In this document: in pieces, positions 38,385 to 47,491 of the stretch | Numbering within the stretch: position 1 is the stretch's first letter | How the letters are laid out: every line of letters starts with the position of its first letter | NCBI GenBank assembly: GCA_035285865.1 | Contig: JAYKHS010000026.1 | Location: forward strand, 77,766 to 141,765 | Source of the DNA: Candidatus Sericytochromatia bacterium | Lineage (GTDB): Bacteria > Cyanobacteriota > Sericytochromatia > S15B-MN24 > VGJW01 | Reading direction: 5' to 3' | DNA length: 64,000 nt | Position numbers and translations under genes: made by a program | The notes under the pieces: model-generated | The model's input: only the letters and a program-made list of their open reading frames with translations | Told to the model about the DNA's origin: nothing | Database searches by the model: none

Positions 38385-38786
38385 ATGGACCTGTTCGGCA
38401 AGGAAATCCGCGGGCTCGAGCGCGCGATGGACGGCCTGTCCCGGCGCATGGAGGCCACGGCCCTCAACCTGGCGAACGTGCATACCCCCGGTTATGCGCG
38501 GCGCGATGTCCGGTTCGAGGACTCGCTCGCCGAGGTCCTCGATTCCATGGAGGTGCCCATCGATCCCGAACGGACGGAGGCACCCGAGGATCCTTCCTAC
38601 ATGATTGAGCAATGGCAGCCAAGGACCGAGATCGATGAGCGCCGTCCCCAGCGGCTCGATGGCAATGGGGTGATCCTCGAGAAGGAGGTTTCGACCGCCA
38701 GCCAGGCTGCTCTTCGTTTCAACGTCCTGGCCACGAGCGTCGCCGGGGACTACCGCGACCTCAAGTTCGTCATCGACGCCAAGTAA
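38385..38786 (+). CDS. flgB: Flagellar rod protein FlgB
   Basis: NLANVHTPGYARRDVRFE and RLDGNGVILEKE. Confidence 0.92.
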   Translation: MDLFGKEIRGLERAMDGLSRRMEATALNLANVHTPGYARRDVRFEDSLAEVLDSMEVPIDPERTEAPEDPSYMIEQWQPRTEIDERRPQRLDGNGVILEKEVSTASQAALRFNVLATSVAGDYRDLKFVIDAK

Positions 38787-38798
38787 TCCAGGCCGTGG

Positions 38799-38835
38799 GG
38801 GCTCCGGGCATCGCGCCCGGGGCCCTTTAATTCTT
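38799..38835 (+). terminator. Intrinsic terminator between flgB and flgC
   Basis: gggctccgggc-atcgc-gcccggggccc followed by TTTAATTCTT. Confidence 0.7.
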
Positions 38836-38920
38836 CATTGGCGAACTTTTCGGTTGCATCATCCGGGGGTACAAGAAAGCCGAACCGTCCTGGCCCGGTA
38901 TTCGCTGGAGGTGGCGTCCG

Positions 38921-39319
38921 ATGAGCCTGATGAACGTATTCAATACCGGCGAGAGCGCGCTTGCCGCCAACCGGATGTGGTTGGAGGTCATCGCGGGCAA
39001 CCTCGCCAATGCGCAGACCACGCGCACGGACGAGGGCGGTCCCTACCGCCGCAAGGTGCCGCTGTTCTCCGAGGTGCTGGACGCCGAGATGCAGGGCGTG
39101 CGCGTGTCGGCCATCGAACAGGACCAGAGTCCGCTCCAGAGGGTCTACAAGCCCGGCCATCCGGATGCGGACAAGGATGGCTTCGTCAGCATGCCCAACG
39201 TCAACGTCGTCACCGAGATGGTCGACATGATTGGCGTCCAGCGCAGCTATGACGCCAACGTCACGGTCATGCAGGCCATCAAGTCGATGGCCAACAAGTC
39301 CATGGACATCGGGAGGTAG
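38921..39319 (+). CDS. flgC: Flagellar rod protein FlgC
   Basis: NLANAQTTR..GGPYRRK and YKPGHPDADKDGFVSMPNVNVVTEMVDMI. Confidence 0.96.
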   Translation: MSLMNVFNTGESALAANRMWLEVIAGNLANAQTTRTDEGGPYRRKVPLFSEVLDAEMQGVRVSAIEQDQSPLQRVYKPGHPDADKDGFVSMPNVNVVTEMVDMIGVQRSYDANVTVMQAIKSMANKSMDIGR

Positions 39320-39322
39320 CGC

Positions 39323-39700
39323 GTGCGCATCGACGGTTTCCGAACGCCCGGTGTCGGTCAGGCCTTCGGGGGTTTCCCGGCCTTCGGGGACTTCCCGGCC
39401 ATGCCCGAAGCGTTGTCGTCCGACAGCAAGATGCCATCCGTCACCGATTCCTTCGAGGCAAGCGAGGATGATGGTCCCGGTGCGCACTTCGCGGCCATCC
39501 TGAACGATGCCATCGATTCGGTGAACGCGCAGCAGACTCGGTCGGAGCAGATCACGATGGACTTTGCCTTGGGCAAGGCGGTTGACCCGCATGCCGTCAT
39601 GATCGAGAACGCCAAGGCGGAGACGCTGGTCCATCTCACCAGCAGCGTCACCAACAAGATGGCGCAGTCGTTCCAGACCCTGATGAATCTCCAGATCTGA
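39323..39700 (+). CDS. fliE: Hook-basal body protein FliE
   Basis: FAAILNDAIDSVN...HAVMI..AKAE...NKMAQSFQTLMNLQI. Confidence 0.9.
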   Translation: MRIDGFRTPGVGQAFGGFPAFGDFPAMPEALSSDSKMPSVTDSFEASEDDGPGAHFAAILNDAIDSVNAQQTRSEQITMDFALGKAVDPHAVMIENAKAETLVHLTSSVTNKMAQSFQTLMNLQI

Positions 39701-39707
39701 TCGCCGC

Positions 39708-41630
39708 ATGGGCTTCCTGCAGAATCTGACCCCCCAGCAGCGGATCGCCCTGCTCGGCGGTGGCGGTGGTCTGATCCTGTTGCTGATCGTCGCCATCACC
39801 TTTGCGGTGATGTCGGGCGGCAAGAAGGACGAGCCGCAGGCCCGCGAGCAGGAGTCCGGCTACGAGGTGGTCTTCAAATACCTGCAGCCCAAGGAGATGG
39901 ACGAGGCGGCCGCCGCCCTGAAGGCTCAGAAGATTCGCGAATTCAAGTTCACCGAGGACGGCACGCTGCTGGTCCAGAAGGACAAGGTCGTCGACGCGCG
40001 CGTGGCGCTGGGTGAAGCGCAGGTCCCCAAGAACCCGAACAACCAGGGTCTCGAGATCTTCAACAAGAAGGACTTCATCTCGACGGACTTCGACAAGAAG
40101 ATCGCCTTCCTGCGGGCGCTCAACGGCGAACTGACGCGTCTGGTCCGCAAGGTCCAAGGCGTCGAGGACGCCACCGTGCTCGTGAACATGCCCGAGGACA
40201 CGCTCTTCCAGCAGGAGAGGAAGGCCATCACGGCCAGCGTGATGATCAAGATGGAGGCCAGTCGCCAGCTGACGCCCCAGCAGGTCGAGGGCATTCAGCA
40301 CATGGTGGCTTCCGCCGTTCCGGGCCTGCTCACGGACAATGTCACCGTCGTGGACGATCAGGGTAACCTCATCTCGAGCGGCCTCGAAAACAACATCGGC
40401 GACCAGAACGAGCGCCTCGTTTCTCGCGCTATTGACCAGCAGATGAAGATTACCCGGTCCATGGAAGGCGAGATCCAGACCAGCCTGCAGTTGCTGCTCG
40501 ACAAGTTGGTCGGCAACGGCAAGTCCGTGGTGCGCGTGCGCCTTGAGTTGGATTTCAACAAGCGTCAGGTCCGCAATCGCCTCCTGGCCCCCGTGACGGC
40601 CAACGGCGAGCCCATGAGCAGTGCGCGCTCCGTGCAGCGTGAGACGCTGAAGAACGGGGCGCAGGGTGCCGCGCCCGGCACGACGGCCAATCTGCCCAGC
40701 TACCCCTTGCTGCCCGGGAACGTCTCGGGCCAGCCCGGCGTCGCGGGGTCGACGCAGGGTCAGGAGACCTCGCGCGAGAACATTCGCGAGCAGCCTGCCT
40801 TCAACCAGGAAGACCAGATCGTCCAGACGGCCTCAGGCAACATCAAGCGGATGAGCATCGCCGTGCTCCTGCCCGAGACGGTCAAGCCCGAGGCCGTCGA
40901 CAAGCTGCGCAACGTCATCGCGGCTGCTGCGGGCGCCGATCCGGCCCGTCGGGATCAGGTCACGGTCGAGCGGGTCAAGTTCGACACCACGCTCATGGAC
41001 CAGCTCAAGGAGCAGCTCAACAAGAAGGAAGCCGAGGCCAAGGCGGCCGCGAAGAAGAAGGGCGCCGTTGGCTGGAACCTGGTTATCTGGGGCGGGGTTG
41101 CCGCCTTCGTGTTCGCGGCGATCGTGGCGCTCGTCTCCCGGCGCAAGCGGTCGACCGAGAACCCGTTCGATGTCCTGTCCTCTGGCCTCGATGCCGAGGC
41201 CTTGCCGTCCGGCTTCGAGGGACCCGGGGCGTTGGGTGGATTCCCGACCCCCGAGCAGCTGGGTGCCTTGCCCGGCGGGATGCCTCAGATGGGCGGATTC
41301 AACCAGGACCAGACCGACTATGCGGCTCAGGCGGGTTACGGGGCACCCCAACAGGATTTCGGGGCCCAGCAGGCCGGGGGGCCCTTCGACTTCACCTATC
41401 AGGTCGGTCCCGATCAATTGGCCGAGGCCTTGGCGACCGAGCGTCCCGCCACGGTCGCCGGCGTGCTGGCCCAGCTTGACCCCTCGTTCGCCGAGACCGT
41501 CATCGCCAGCCTGCCGCCGGACATTCAGGGCGACGTCTTCAACCGGATGGGCTCCGCGGCACCATTGCCGTCGATGACCCAGCGGATGGTGTCGCAGAAC
41601 CTCAGGCGCAAGCTGGGGGTTCCGGTCTAG
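39708..41630 (+). CDS. fliF: MS-ring protein FliF with C-terminally fused FliG-middle-like domain
   Basis: Two TMs, GLEIF...TDF...RALNGEL and HMVASAVPGL..DNVTVVD; C-terminal PFDF...ERPATVAGVLAQL...LPPDIQGDVFNRM. Confidence 0.9.
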   Translation: MGFLQNLTPQQRIALLGGGGGLILLLIVAITFAVMSGGKKDEPQAREQESGYEVVFKYLQPKEMDEAAAALKAQKIREFKFTEDGTLLVQKDKVVDARVALGEAQVPKNPNNQGLEIFNKKDFISTDFDKKIAFLRALNGELTRLVRKVQGVEDATVLVNMPEDTLFQQERKAITASVMIKMEASRQLTPQQVEGIQHMVASAVPGLLTDNVTVVDDQGNLISSGLENNIGDQNERLVSRAIDQQMKITRSMEGEIQTSLQLLLDKLVGNGKSVVRVRLELDFNKRQVRNRLLAPVTANGEPMSSARSVQRETLKNGAQGAAPGTTANLPSYPLLPGNVSGQPGVAGSTQGQETSRENIREQPAFNQEDQIVQTASGNIKRMSIAVLLPETVKPEAVDKLRNVIAAAAGADPARRDQVTVERVKFDTTLMDQLKEQLNKKEAEAKAAAKKKGAVGWNLVIWGGVAAFVFAAIVALVSRRKRSTENPFDVLSSGLDAEALPSGFEGPGALGGFPTPEQLGALPGGMPQMGGFNQDQTDYAAQAGYGAPQQDFGAQQAGGPFDFTYQVGPDQLAEALATERPATVAGVLAQLDPSFAETVIASLPPDIQGDVFNRMGSAAPLPSMTQRMVSQNLRRKLGVPV

Positions 41631-41644
41631 CGGCCGGTTGATCC

Positions 41645-43750
41645 ATGCCGCAGCGCAAGGGGCTGATTCCTGATCTGATCCTGGCCGGGATCGTCATCCT
41701 GGTCCTTGCGATCCTCGTCATTCCGCTTCCCTTGTGGATGCTGGACCTGCTGCTGATCATCAACCTGGTCGCGGCTCTGGTCATCGTCTTCGTCTCGCTC
41801 TATCTGGTCCGGCCCCTCGAGTTCGCAAGCTTCCCGTCGTTGCTGCTGATCATGGCGCTGTACCGCCTGGCCTTGTCGGTGGCCACGTCGCGGTCGATCC
41901 TCAGCCATGCGGAAGCCGGCAAGGTCATCGAGACCTTCGCCAACTTCGTGGTCGGCGGCAATTTCATCGTCGGTTTCATCCTGTTCGCGATTCTGATCAT
42001 CGTGAACTTCATCGTCATCACCGAAGGTGCGAAACGGGTCGCCGAGGTTGCTGCCCGGTTCACCTTGGACGCCATGCCTGGCAAGCAGATGTCCATCGAT
42101 GCCGACCTGGCCGCAGGCCTCATCGATGCGGAGGGTGCCAAGAAGCGCCGCACGGACCTCGAGCGCGAAGCCAACTTCTTCGGCGCAATGGACGGTGCCA
42201 ACAAGTTTGTTCGGGGCGATGCGATCGCCGCCATCATCTTGATCTTCGTCAACATCATCGGCGGCATCCTGATTGGGATCCTGCAGAAGGACATGGAGGT
42301 CGAACAGGCCCTCAAGGTCTATTCGCTGCTGACAATCGGCGACGGCTTGGTCGGCCTGATACCCGGCCTGTTGATTTCGATCTCGGCCGGTTTCGTGACC
42401 ACGCGTGCGGCCTCGGACTTCAATCTCGCGACGGACCTCAAGAACCAGCTCTTCACCAGCCCGAAAGTCCTTGGCATCGTCGGCTTCGTCATCATCATGA
42501 TGGGCTTCATTCCGGGCTTCCCGACGGTTCTGATGCTGTTGCTCGGGCTTGGTATCCTCTTCGCGGCCTTCGTTGCCTACAGAGGGGGACTGCTCGGGGC
42601 TGCACCGCCCTCCCTGGCGGGAGATGCGCCACCGATGGGTGACGAATTCGACGACTACCAGCCGGAGTCGGACGAGGACCTCAAGAATCCCGAGAACGTC
42701 ATGAAGATGCTCGGCGTGCCGCCGCTGACGCTCGAACTGGGCCTCGATCTGGTACCTCTGGTGGACCCCGGCCTCGGTGGCGAGCTGATGGATCGCGTCG
42801 TGCCCATGCGCGTGGCCATCGCGTTGGACCTCGGTTTCGTCATGCCGGGTATCCAATTCAAGGACAACCTCAATCTGCGGCCGAATGCCTACCAGATCCT
42901 GGTCAAGGGAAACACCGTCGCCACGGGCGAGCTGCTGGTCGGCTACATGCTGGCCATCCAGCTCAACACGACGGACCTGTCTCAGGAGTTGGTCGGCTTC
43001 CCGACGAGCGATCCGGCGGGCAACCGTCCTGCTGTCTGGGTGGCCGGTGCCGAGGCGCAACGAGCCGCACAGCTGGGCTACCTGATCCAGGATCCGACCA
43101 ACGTGCTGACGGCACACCTTGAGGAAGTGGTCCGGGCACATGCTCACGAGATCCTGAGCCGCGAGGAGGTCAAGATGATGCTCAACCGGCTGCAGGAGCG
43201 TGCCCCCATCACGGTCAAGGAGCTGGTGCCCGAAGTGCTTGCGCTGGGCGAGGTACAGCGCGTCCTGCAATCGCTCCTGCGCGAGCGGGTGAGCATCCGT
43301 GACCTCGCCACCATCGCCGAGAAGCTGGCCGACTTCGGCAAGATGACCAAGGATGTCTTCACGCTCACCGAACTGGTGCGGCAACAGCTTTCCCGGAACA
43401 TCTGCGCTTCTGTGGCCGACGATGAGGGTCGCATCGACGTGATCACGCTTGATCCAGCGGTCGAGGGCGCCATCCAGCAGGCCATCCAGCCTGGACCTCA
43501 GGGACCGACGCTGGCGCTGAACCCCCAGATCGCCCAGCTGATGCTTGCGCGGCTGGCTGGCGTGGTGAACGAGGCCCTCGCCAAGGGCCAGAACCCGGCA
43601 GTGCTCGTCAGCCCGATTGTGCGTCCCCACGTCAAGAACCTGGTGGATCGCAACTTTCCGAACCTTTCGGTTCTGTCCTACTCCGAGATCAACGCCAAGT
43701 TCAAGGTCCAGGCGATCGGGGCCGTCTCGATTGCCGTCGGGGCTGCTTGA
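41645..43750 (+). CDS. flhA: Flagellar export apparatus protein FlhA
   Basis: RVAEVAARFTLDAMPGKQMSIDADL, FFGAMDGANKFVRGDA and VLSYSEI. Confidence 0.97.
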   Translation: MPQRKGLIPDLILAGIVILVLAILVIPLPLWMLDLLLIINLVAALVIVFVSLYLVRPLEFASFPSLLLIMALYRLALSVATSRSILSHAEAGKVIETFANFVVGGNFIVGFILFAILIIVNFIVITEGAKRVAEVAARFTLDAMPGKQMSIDADLAAGLIDAEGAKKRRTDLEREANFFGAMDGANKFVRGDAIAAIILIFVNIIGGILIGILQKDMEVEQALKVYSLLTIGDGLVGLIPGLLISISAGFVTTRAASDFNLATDLKNQLFTSPKVLGIVGFVIIMMGFIPGFPTVLMLLLGLGILFAAFVAYRGGLLGAAPPSLAGDAPPMGDEFDDYQPESDEDLKNPENVMKMLGVPPLTLELGLDLVPLVDPGLGGELMDRVVPMRVAIALDLGFVMPGIQFKDNLNLRPNAYQILVKGNTVATGELLVGYMLAIQLNTTDLSQELVGFPTSDPAGNRPAVWVAGAEAQRAAQLGYLIQDPTNVLTAHLEEVVRAHAHEILSREEVKMMLNRLQERAPITVKELVPEVLALGEVQRVLQSLLRERVSIRDLATIAEKLADFGKMTKDVFTLTELVRQQLSRNICASVADDEGRIDVITLDPAVEGAIQQAIQPGPQGPTLALNPQIAQLMLARLAGVVNEALAKGQNPAVLVSPIVRPHVKNLVDRNFPNLSVLSYSEINAKFKVQAIGAVSIAVGAA

Positions 43751-44160
43751 TGCGTGGTGCCGGCCGTCCGGTTGCACGGGCGCGGTCGTGGATCCGGCTG
43801 CTGGTGCTCTGGATGGTCGTGCTCTGCTTCGGAGCGGCCTCGACGTTATTGGAGGACGAGCGCGTGGGCGGTCAGGAGGCGCACCACCTTCTCCTGGAGG
43901 ACGTGTTGGCCTGCGATGCCGTGTCGCTGGGCCGCGGTCTCGCCGGCATCCCGGAGTTCCGTGCGCGCGTGCCTGCGTTACGGGGCGAGTCCGGCCAGTT
44001 CGCTTCACGTCGGATGGTTGACCGTAGTCGGACGACCTCCGGAGGCGTACGGGAGGGCTGTGCGATGGCCCCGCCAACATCACGCGGGCCACCGTCTACG
44101 GGGCGGGGCGGACCTTTCCTGATTCGCTGGCGCGATCGTTGGGGGTGGGTCGGACCGTAA
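43750..44160 (+). CDS. Hypothetical membrane-targeted peptide with RGPP motif (possible arrest leader)
   Basis: Hydrophobic segment LLVLWMVVLCFGAAS, His/Cys residues, SRGPPS near the C-terminus. Confidence 0.35.
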   Translation: MRGAGRPVARARSWIRLLVLWMVVLCFGAASTLLEDERVGGQEAHHLLLEDVLACDAVSLGRGLAGIPEFRARVPALRGESGQFASRRMVDRSRTTSGGVREGCAMAPPTSRGPPSTGRGGPFLIRWRDRWGWVGP

Positions 44161-44289
44161 GGCCCAGGTCGACCCTGCGAGGTCGTCCACGACCCCACGA
44201 ATGCTGGAGTTCCGACCTAGTCCGTTTCATCACCGCCAGCAGCAGCTGTTGCCGCCGATGCCGGTCTCGGCCCGCGGCTCGCCTATTGC

Positions 44290-45568
44290 ATGAATCCTGT
44301 CGACCGCCGGTATGAGGATCTCCGGACGGGTCATCTCGGCCTCAATATCCTCCGCGACTTGATGGCCGGTCTGATCGTGGCCATGGTGGCCATTTCGCTG
44401 GCCATGGGCTTTGCGATGGCCAGCGGATTGGCCCGAGCAGGGCATCGTGGGCGGGGCCGTGGCCGGCGCCATAGGCGCTCTGTTCGGGGGCTCCAAGTAC
44501 CAGGTCTACGGACCGACGGCGGCCTTCATCCCGATCATCGCGGGCATCATGGCCAAGCACGGCTATTCGATGCTGGTGCTGGCGTCGATTCTTGCAGGCT
44601 TGGTCCTGATGGTCATGGGGGTCGCTCGCCTCGGGCGCGTGGTGGCGCGCGTGTCCCACTCCATTGTGGTGGGATTCACCGTGGGCATCGCCCTGTCTAA
44701 GGTCGGTGAGGTCCTGGGCCTGCACGCCAAGTTTGGCTATGCCATGGCAGACAAGAACCGCGGCATCGTCGCACACGGTCACGAGACCAACGTCTATGCC
44801 GTCATCATCGCGCTGCTGACCTTCGCGATCAGCTAGACGCTCATCAAGGTTTCCGTCCTCATTCCGGCGCCGCTGATTGCCGTCGGTGCCGGTACGATGC
44901 TCGCGCAGGGACTGTAGGCCGACAAGGGGCTCGTGACGGTTCGCGAGAAGTACGGTTCCATTCCGACGGACTTCTGGATCTTCACGCCTCCGCAGGGCAT
45001 CGACCCGACCCCGGCGGTACTGGGCGACCTGGCCTTCTATACCTTGGCCATCATCTTCGTGGCGGCCATCGAGGGCCTGCTCTGCAGCCGCATGGCCGAT
45101 CGCCTGGCGGGCAACAAGGGCATGCCCTACAACCCGGACAAGGAGCTCTGGGGGCAGGGTCTGATGCAGGTCGTGGTGCCGCTGCTGAACGGCTTCCCCC
45201 ATACGGGTGCGCTCGCCCGGACGGCCACCAACATCAGGTTGGGTGCCTTGTCTCCGCTTGCAGGCCTTTTCAAGTGCGTGCTGAAGCTGCTGCTTGCGGC
45301 CTTCCTCGCCTCGTGGCTGGAGCGGGTGCCCATGGCCTGCATCGGCGGCAGCCTGCTTTATGTGGCCTCGGGCATGGTCAAGGCCGATGAGGTGCGCGAA
45401 CTGGTCCGTGACGGCAGGGCGCACATGGCACTGGCCGCCTGGACTGCCGTGATGGTCGTCGCCACAGACTTCCTGAGGGACGTTCTGTCGGCGCTTCTCA
45501 TCTTCATCCTGTTCCGGAGATTTTTCGAGACTGGGTTTCAGGCGGCTCCGCCGGCCAGCGCTTCCTGA
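44290..45568 (+). pseudogene. SulP/SLC26 family anion transporter pseudogene
   Basis: DLMAGLIVAMVAI and ALFGGSKYQVYGPTAAF...ALARTATN; frameshift near 44430 and in-frame TAG stops at 44834-44836 and 44915-44917. Confidence 0.88.
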
Positions 45569-45626
45569 CCACCGAACCGCCGTCCCCGGTGCGCAAGCAC
45601 GCATCGGGGACGGCTCGAGTGTCGCG

Positions 45627-47267
45627 CTATCCGGCCTGGGCGTCCAGGATCTGCTGCATCTTCAGCCCGATGTGCAGCATGAGCCGGGTCTCGGCCGTAT
45701 CGAGGTCCACCTGCGTGATGTCCCGGATGCGCTCCAGTCGATACTTGAGGGTGTTGCGGTGGATGAACAGGCGTTCGCTGGTCTCCGTCAGATTGCCGTT
45801 GCAGTCGAGGAAGGCCCCGAGCGTCTTCACCAGCTCCTTGTCGGCCTGCTGGTCATAGGCCATCAGGCGGCTCAGGGCATCGCACAGGAAGGCACCCGGG
45901 CTGCGGTCTGCCGCAAACTGATAGAGCATCCGGTAGACGCCCATGTCGTCGAAGCAGTGGACTTGTCCCGGTCCGTGCAGGGTCCTTCCGATGCGCAGGG
46001 CCTGGACGGCCTCCTGATGCTGGCGACCCAGTGCCAGCAGGTCTCCGGGGGCCAGGCCGACCCCCACGGAGACCGTGTCACCTTGGGCGCCCAGCCTGTC
46101 GCGAATGGTCAGGGCTAATCGGCGCATCTGGTCGATGCCAGGGGGGTCGGCGGTTACGGGGACGAGGATGCTCGCGCCGAAGGTCTGAGGCACGATGATG
46201 CACTGTCGGAAGGACAGGATGGCGGAGAGTGTCGTCTGCAGCTTCTGGCGCAGGGCCTCGGCCTGGGGCAGGGGCATGCTGCGGTCGAAGGCTACGGCCA
46301 TGGGCCAGTACCGCTGCGCGAGGGCCATGCCGAGCCAGTGTGCCCGACGCTGGACTTCGCTGCGCGAGAAGGCTCCCGGACGCTGCAGCAGGTCCTGGAA
46401 GAAGTGGCCCCTGGGGTCCGATTCTTCGGGCAGGCTTGCCGCCACGATGGCCAGTGCGGCCCGCCCGCCCTCGACTCGGGCCAGGTGGATCTCGTCGCGA
46501 CGCGGTGGCTGGCCGAGGATCATCAGGGTCGCCACCAGGCGCTCCCCCTTCATGATGGGCCAGAGCGTCCGAATACCCTCCGTAGCCTGGACCTCGATGG
46601 GGTGCTGACCCTCCCGGAAGGCCGGCCAAGCCGGATGACGCTGGATGGCCGTGATCAGGCCATCGTCGCTGCCGTCCTCGTCCTCGGGAAGTCCGAGGGA
46701 TGTCGTGTCACCGGCCTGGGCCAGCCTGTTGAAGCGGGCATCCTCGAGCAGCAGGGGACGACCGAGGTCCGCAGCCAGAGCCTCCAGGATGTGCTGGGGC
46801 GAAGCTCCGCCGATGGCCTGTCGCACGAGCTCCTGTTGGCGGGACAGGCATTGCGCGAGCAACCACGGTCGGCTCATGGCCTGCTGGCGCTGGAGGTGCC
46901 GGGCCACGGCCGCGGATGCCTCTTCGATGCGCAGCAGAGGTAGTCCGTGGTCTCGGGCGCGCGCCACGAGGGCATCCGGGACGCATCCCGTGCCGCAGGC
47001 CAGCAGCCCGGCTGCACGACCCGAGGCGAGACCGTCGATCCACGAGGTCGTGGTCCCGTTCAGGAACGGGACTCCGGCGAGGACCAGCTCACCACCCTGG
47101 AGCCACGATTCAGGATGCTCCGTTTCAAGGACGAGGACTTGGGCGATCTCGGACGGAGGGGGTGCCTGCCCGCAGAGAATCTCGGCCTGGGCAAGCGGAT
47201 CCTGAGGGCCAAGGGGACGTTGGGCACCGGTGACAGCCGGGTTCGGGGACAGGAAACTGATCTTCAT
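45627..47267 (-). CDS. PucR/CdaR family transcriptional regulator
   Basis: N-terminal WLQGGELVL (PucR domain); C-terminal LVKTLGAFLDCNGNLTETSERLFIHRNTLKYRL. Confidence 0.93.
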   Translation of the reverse strand: MKISFLSPNPAVTGAQRPLGPQDPLAQAEILCGQAPPPSEIAQVLVLETEHPESWLQGGELVLAGVPFLNGTTTSWIDGLASGRAAGLLACGTGCVPDALVARARDHGLPLLRIEEASAAVARHLQRQQAMSRPWLLAQCLSRQQELVRQAIGGASPQHILEALAADLGRPLLLEDARFNRLAQAGDTTSLGLPEDEDGSDDGLITAIQRHPAWPAFREGQHPIEVQATEGIRTLWPIMKGERLVATLMILGQPPRRDEIHLARVEGGRAALAIVAASLPEESDPRGHFFQDLLQRPGAFSRSEVQRRAHWLGMALAQRYWPMAVAFDRSMPLPQAEALRQKLQTTLSAILSFRQCIIVPQTFGASILVPVTADPPGIDQMRRLALTIRDRLGAQGDTVSVGVGLAPGDLLALGRQHQEAVQALRIGRTLHGPGQVHCFDDMGVYRMLYQFAADRSPGAFLCDALSRLMAYDQQADKELVKTLGAFLDCNGNLTETSERLFIHRNTLKYRLERIRDITQVDLDTAETRLMLHIGLKMQQILDAQAG

Positions 47268-47286
47268 GGACGACCTCCAAGGGGGT

Positions 47287-47305
47287 TTGTAACATTTATT
47301 TACAA
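47287..47305. promoter_or_regulatory. Palindromic operator TTGTAA-N7-TTACAA
   Basis: Perfect inverted repeat 20 nt upstream of the pucR-like start in an AT-rich intergenic region. Confidence 0.6.
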
Positions 47306-47417
47306 TGGAGATCAAGCACGGCGGACGTGATCGTCATGTGGCCTGAAAACCTTGTGTTTGCTTGTTCTGGTCGTCTGTTGGCCCTCATCTCACGGCCTCA
47401 TGTGTTGTCTGTACCGG

Positions 47418-47456
47418 CTTGAGTGTTGTGCGGTTACTTGACAATGATTGACTAAG
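47418..47456 (+). promoter_or_regulatory. clpB promoter with HAIR(HspR)-like elements
   Basis: CTTGAGT at 47418; CTTGACA-N7-ACTAAG overlapping a TTGACA -35. Confidence 0.45.
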
Positions 47457-47491
47457 GTTGATGATGGTGGCACGAGGGAGGCAGAACCCTG

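Noticed and set aside
38838..38858. Sigma-54 promoter before flgC (TGGC...TTGCA)
   Set aside because: GG-to-GC spacing is 14 nt rather than the required 10.
44834..44917. In-frame TAG codons in SulP as stop-codon recoding or pyrrolysine
   Set aside because: TAG terminates intact genes in this window (flgF, flgH, flgC, fliF, dinG), and the gene also has a frameshift, so a pseudogene is more parsimonious.
47288..47304. NtcA box (GTA-N8-TAC)
   Set aside because: Spacing is N9; it fits TGTNA-N7-TNACA better.
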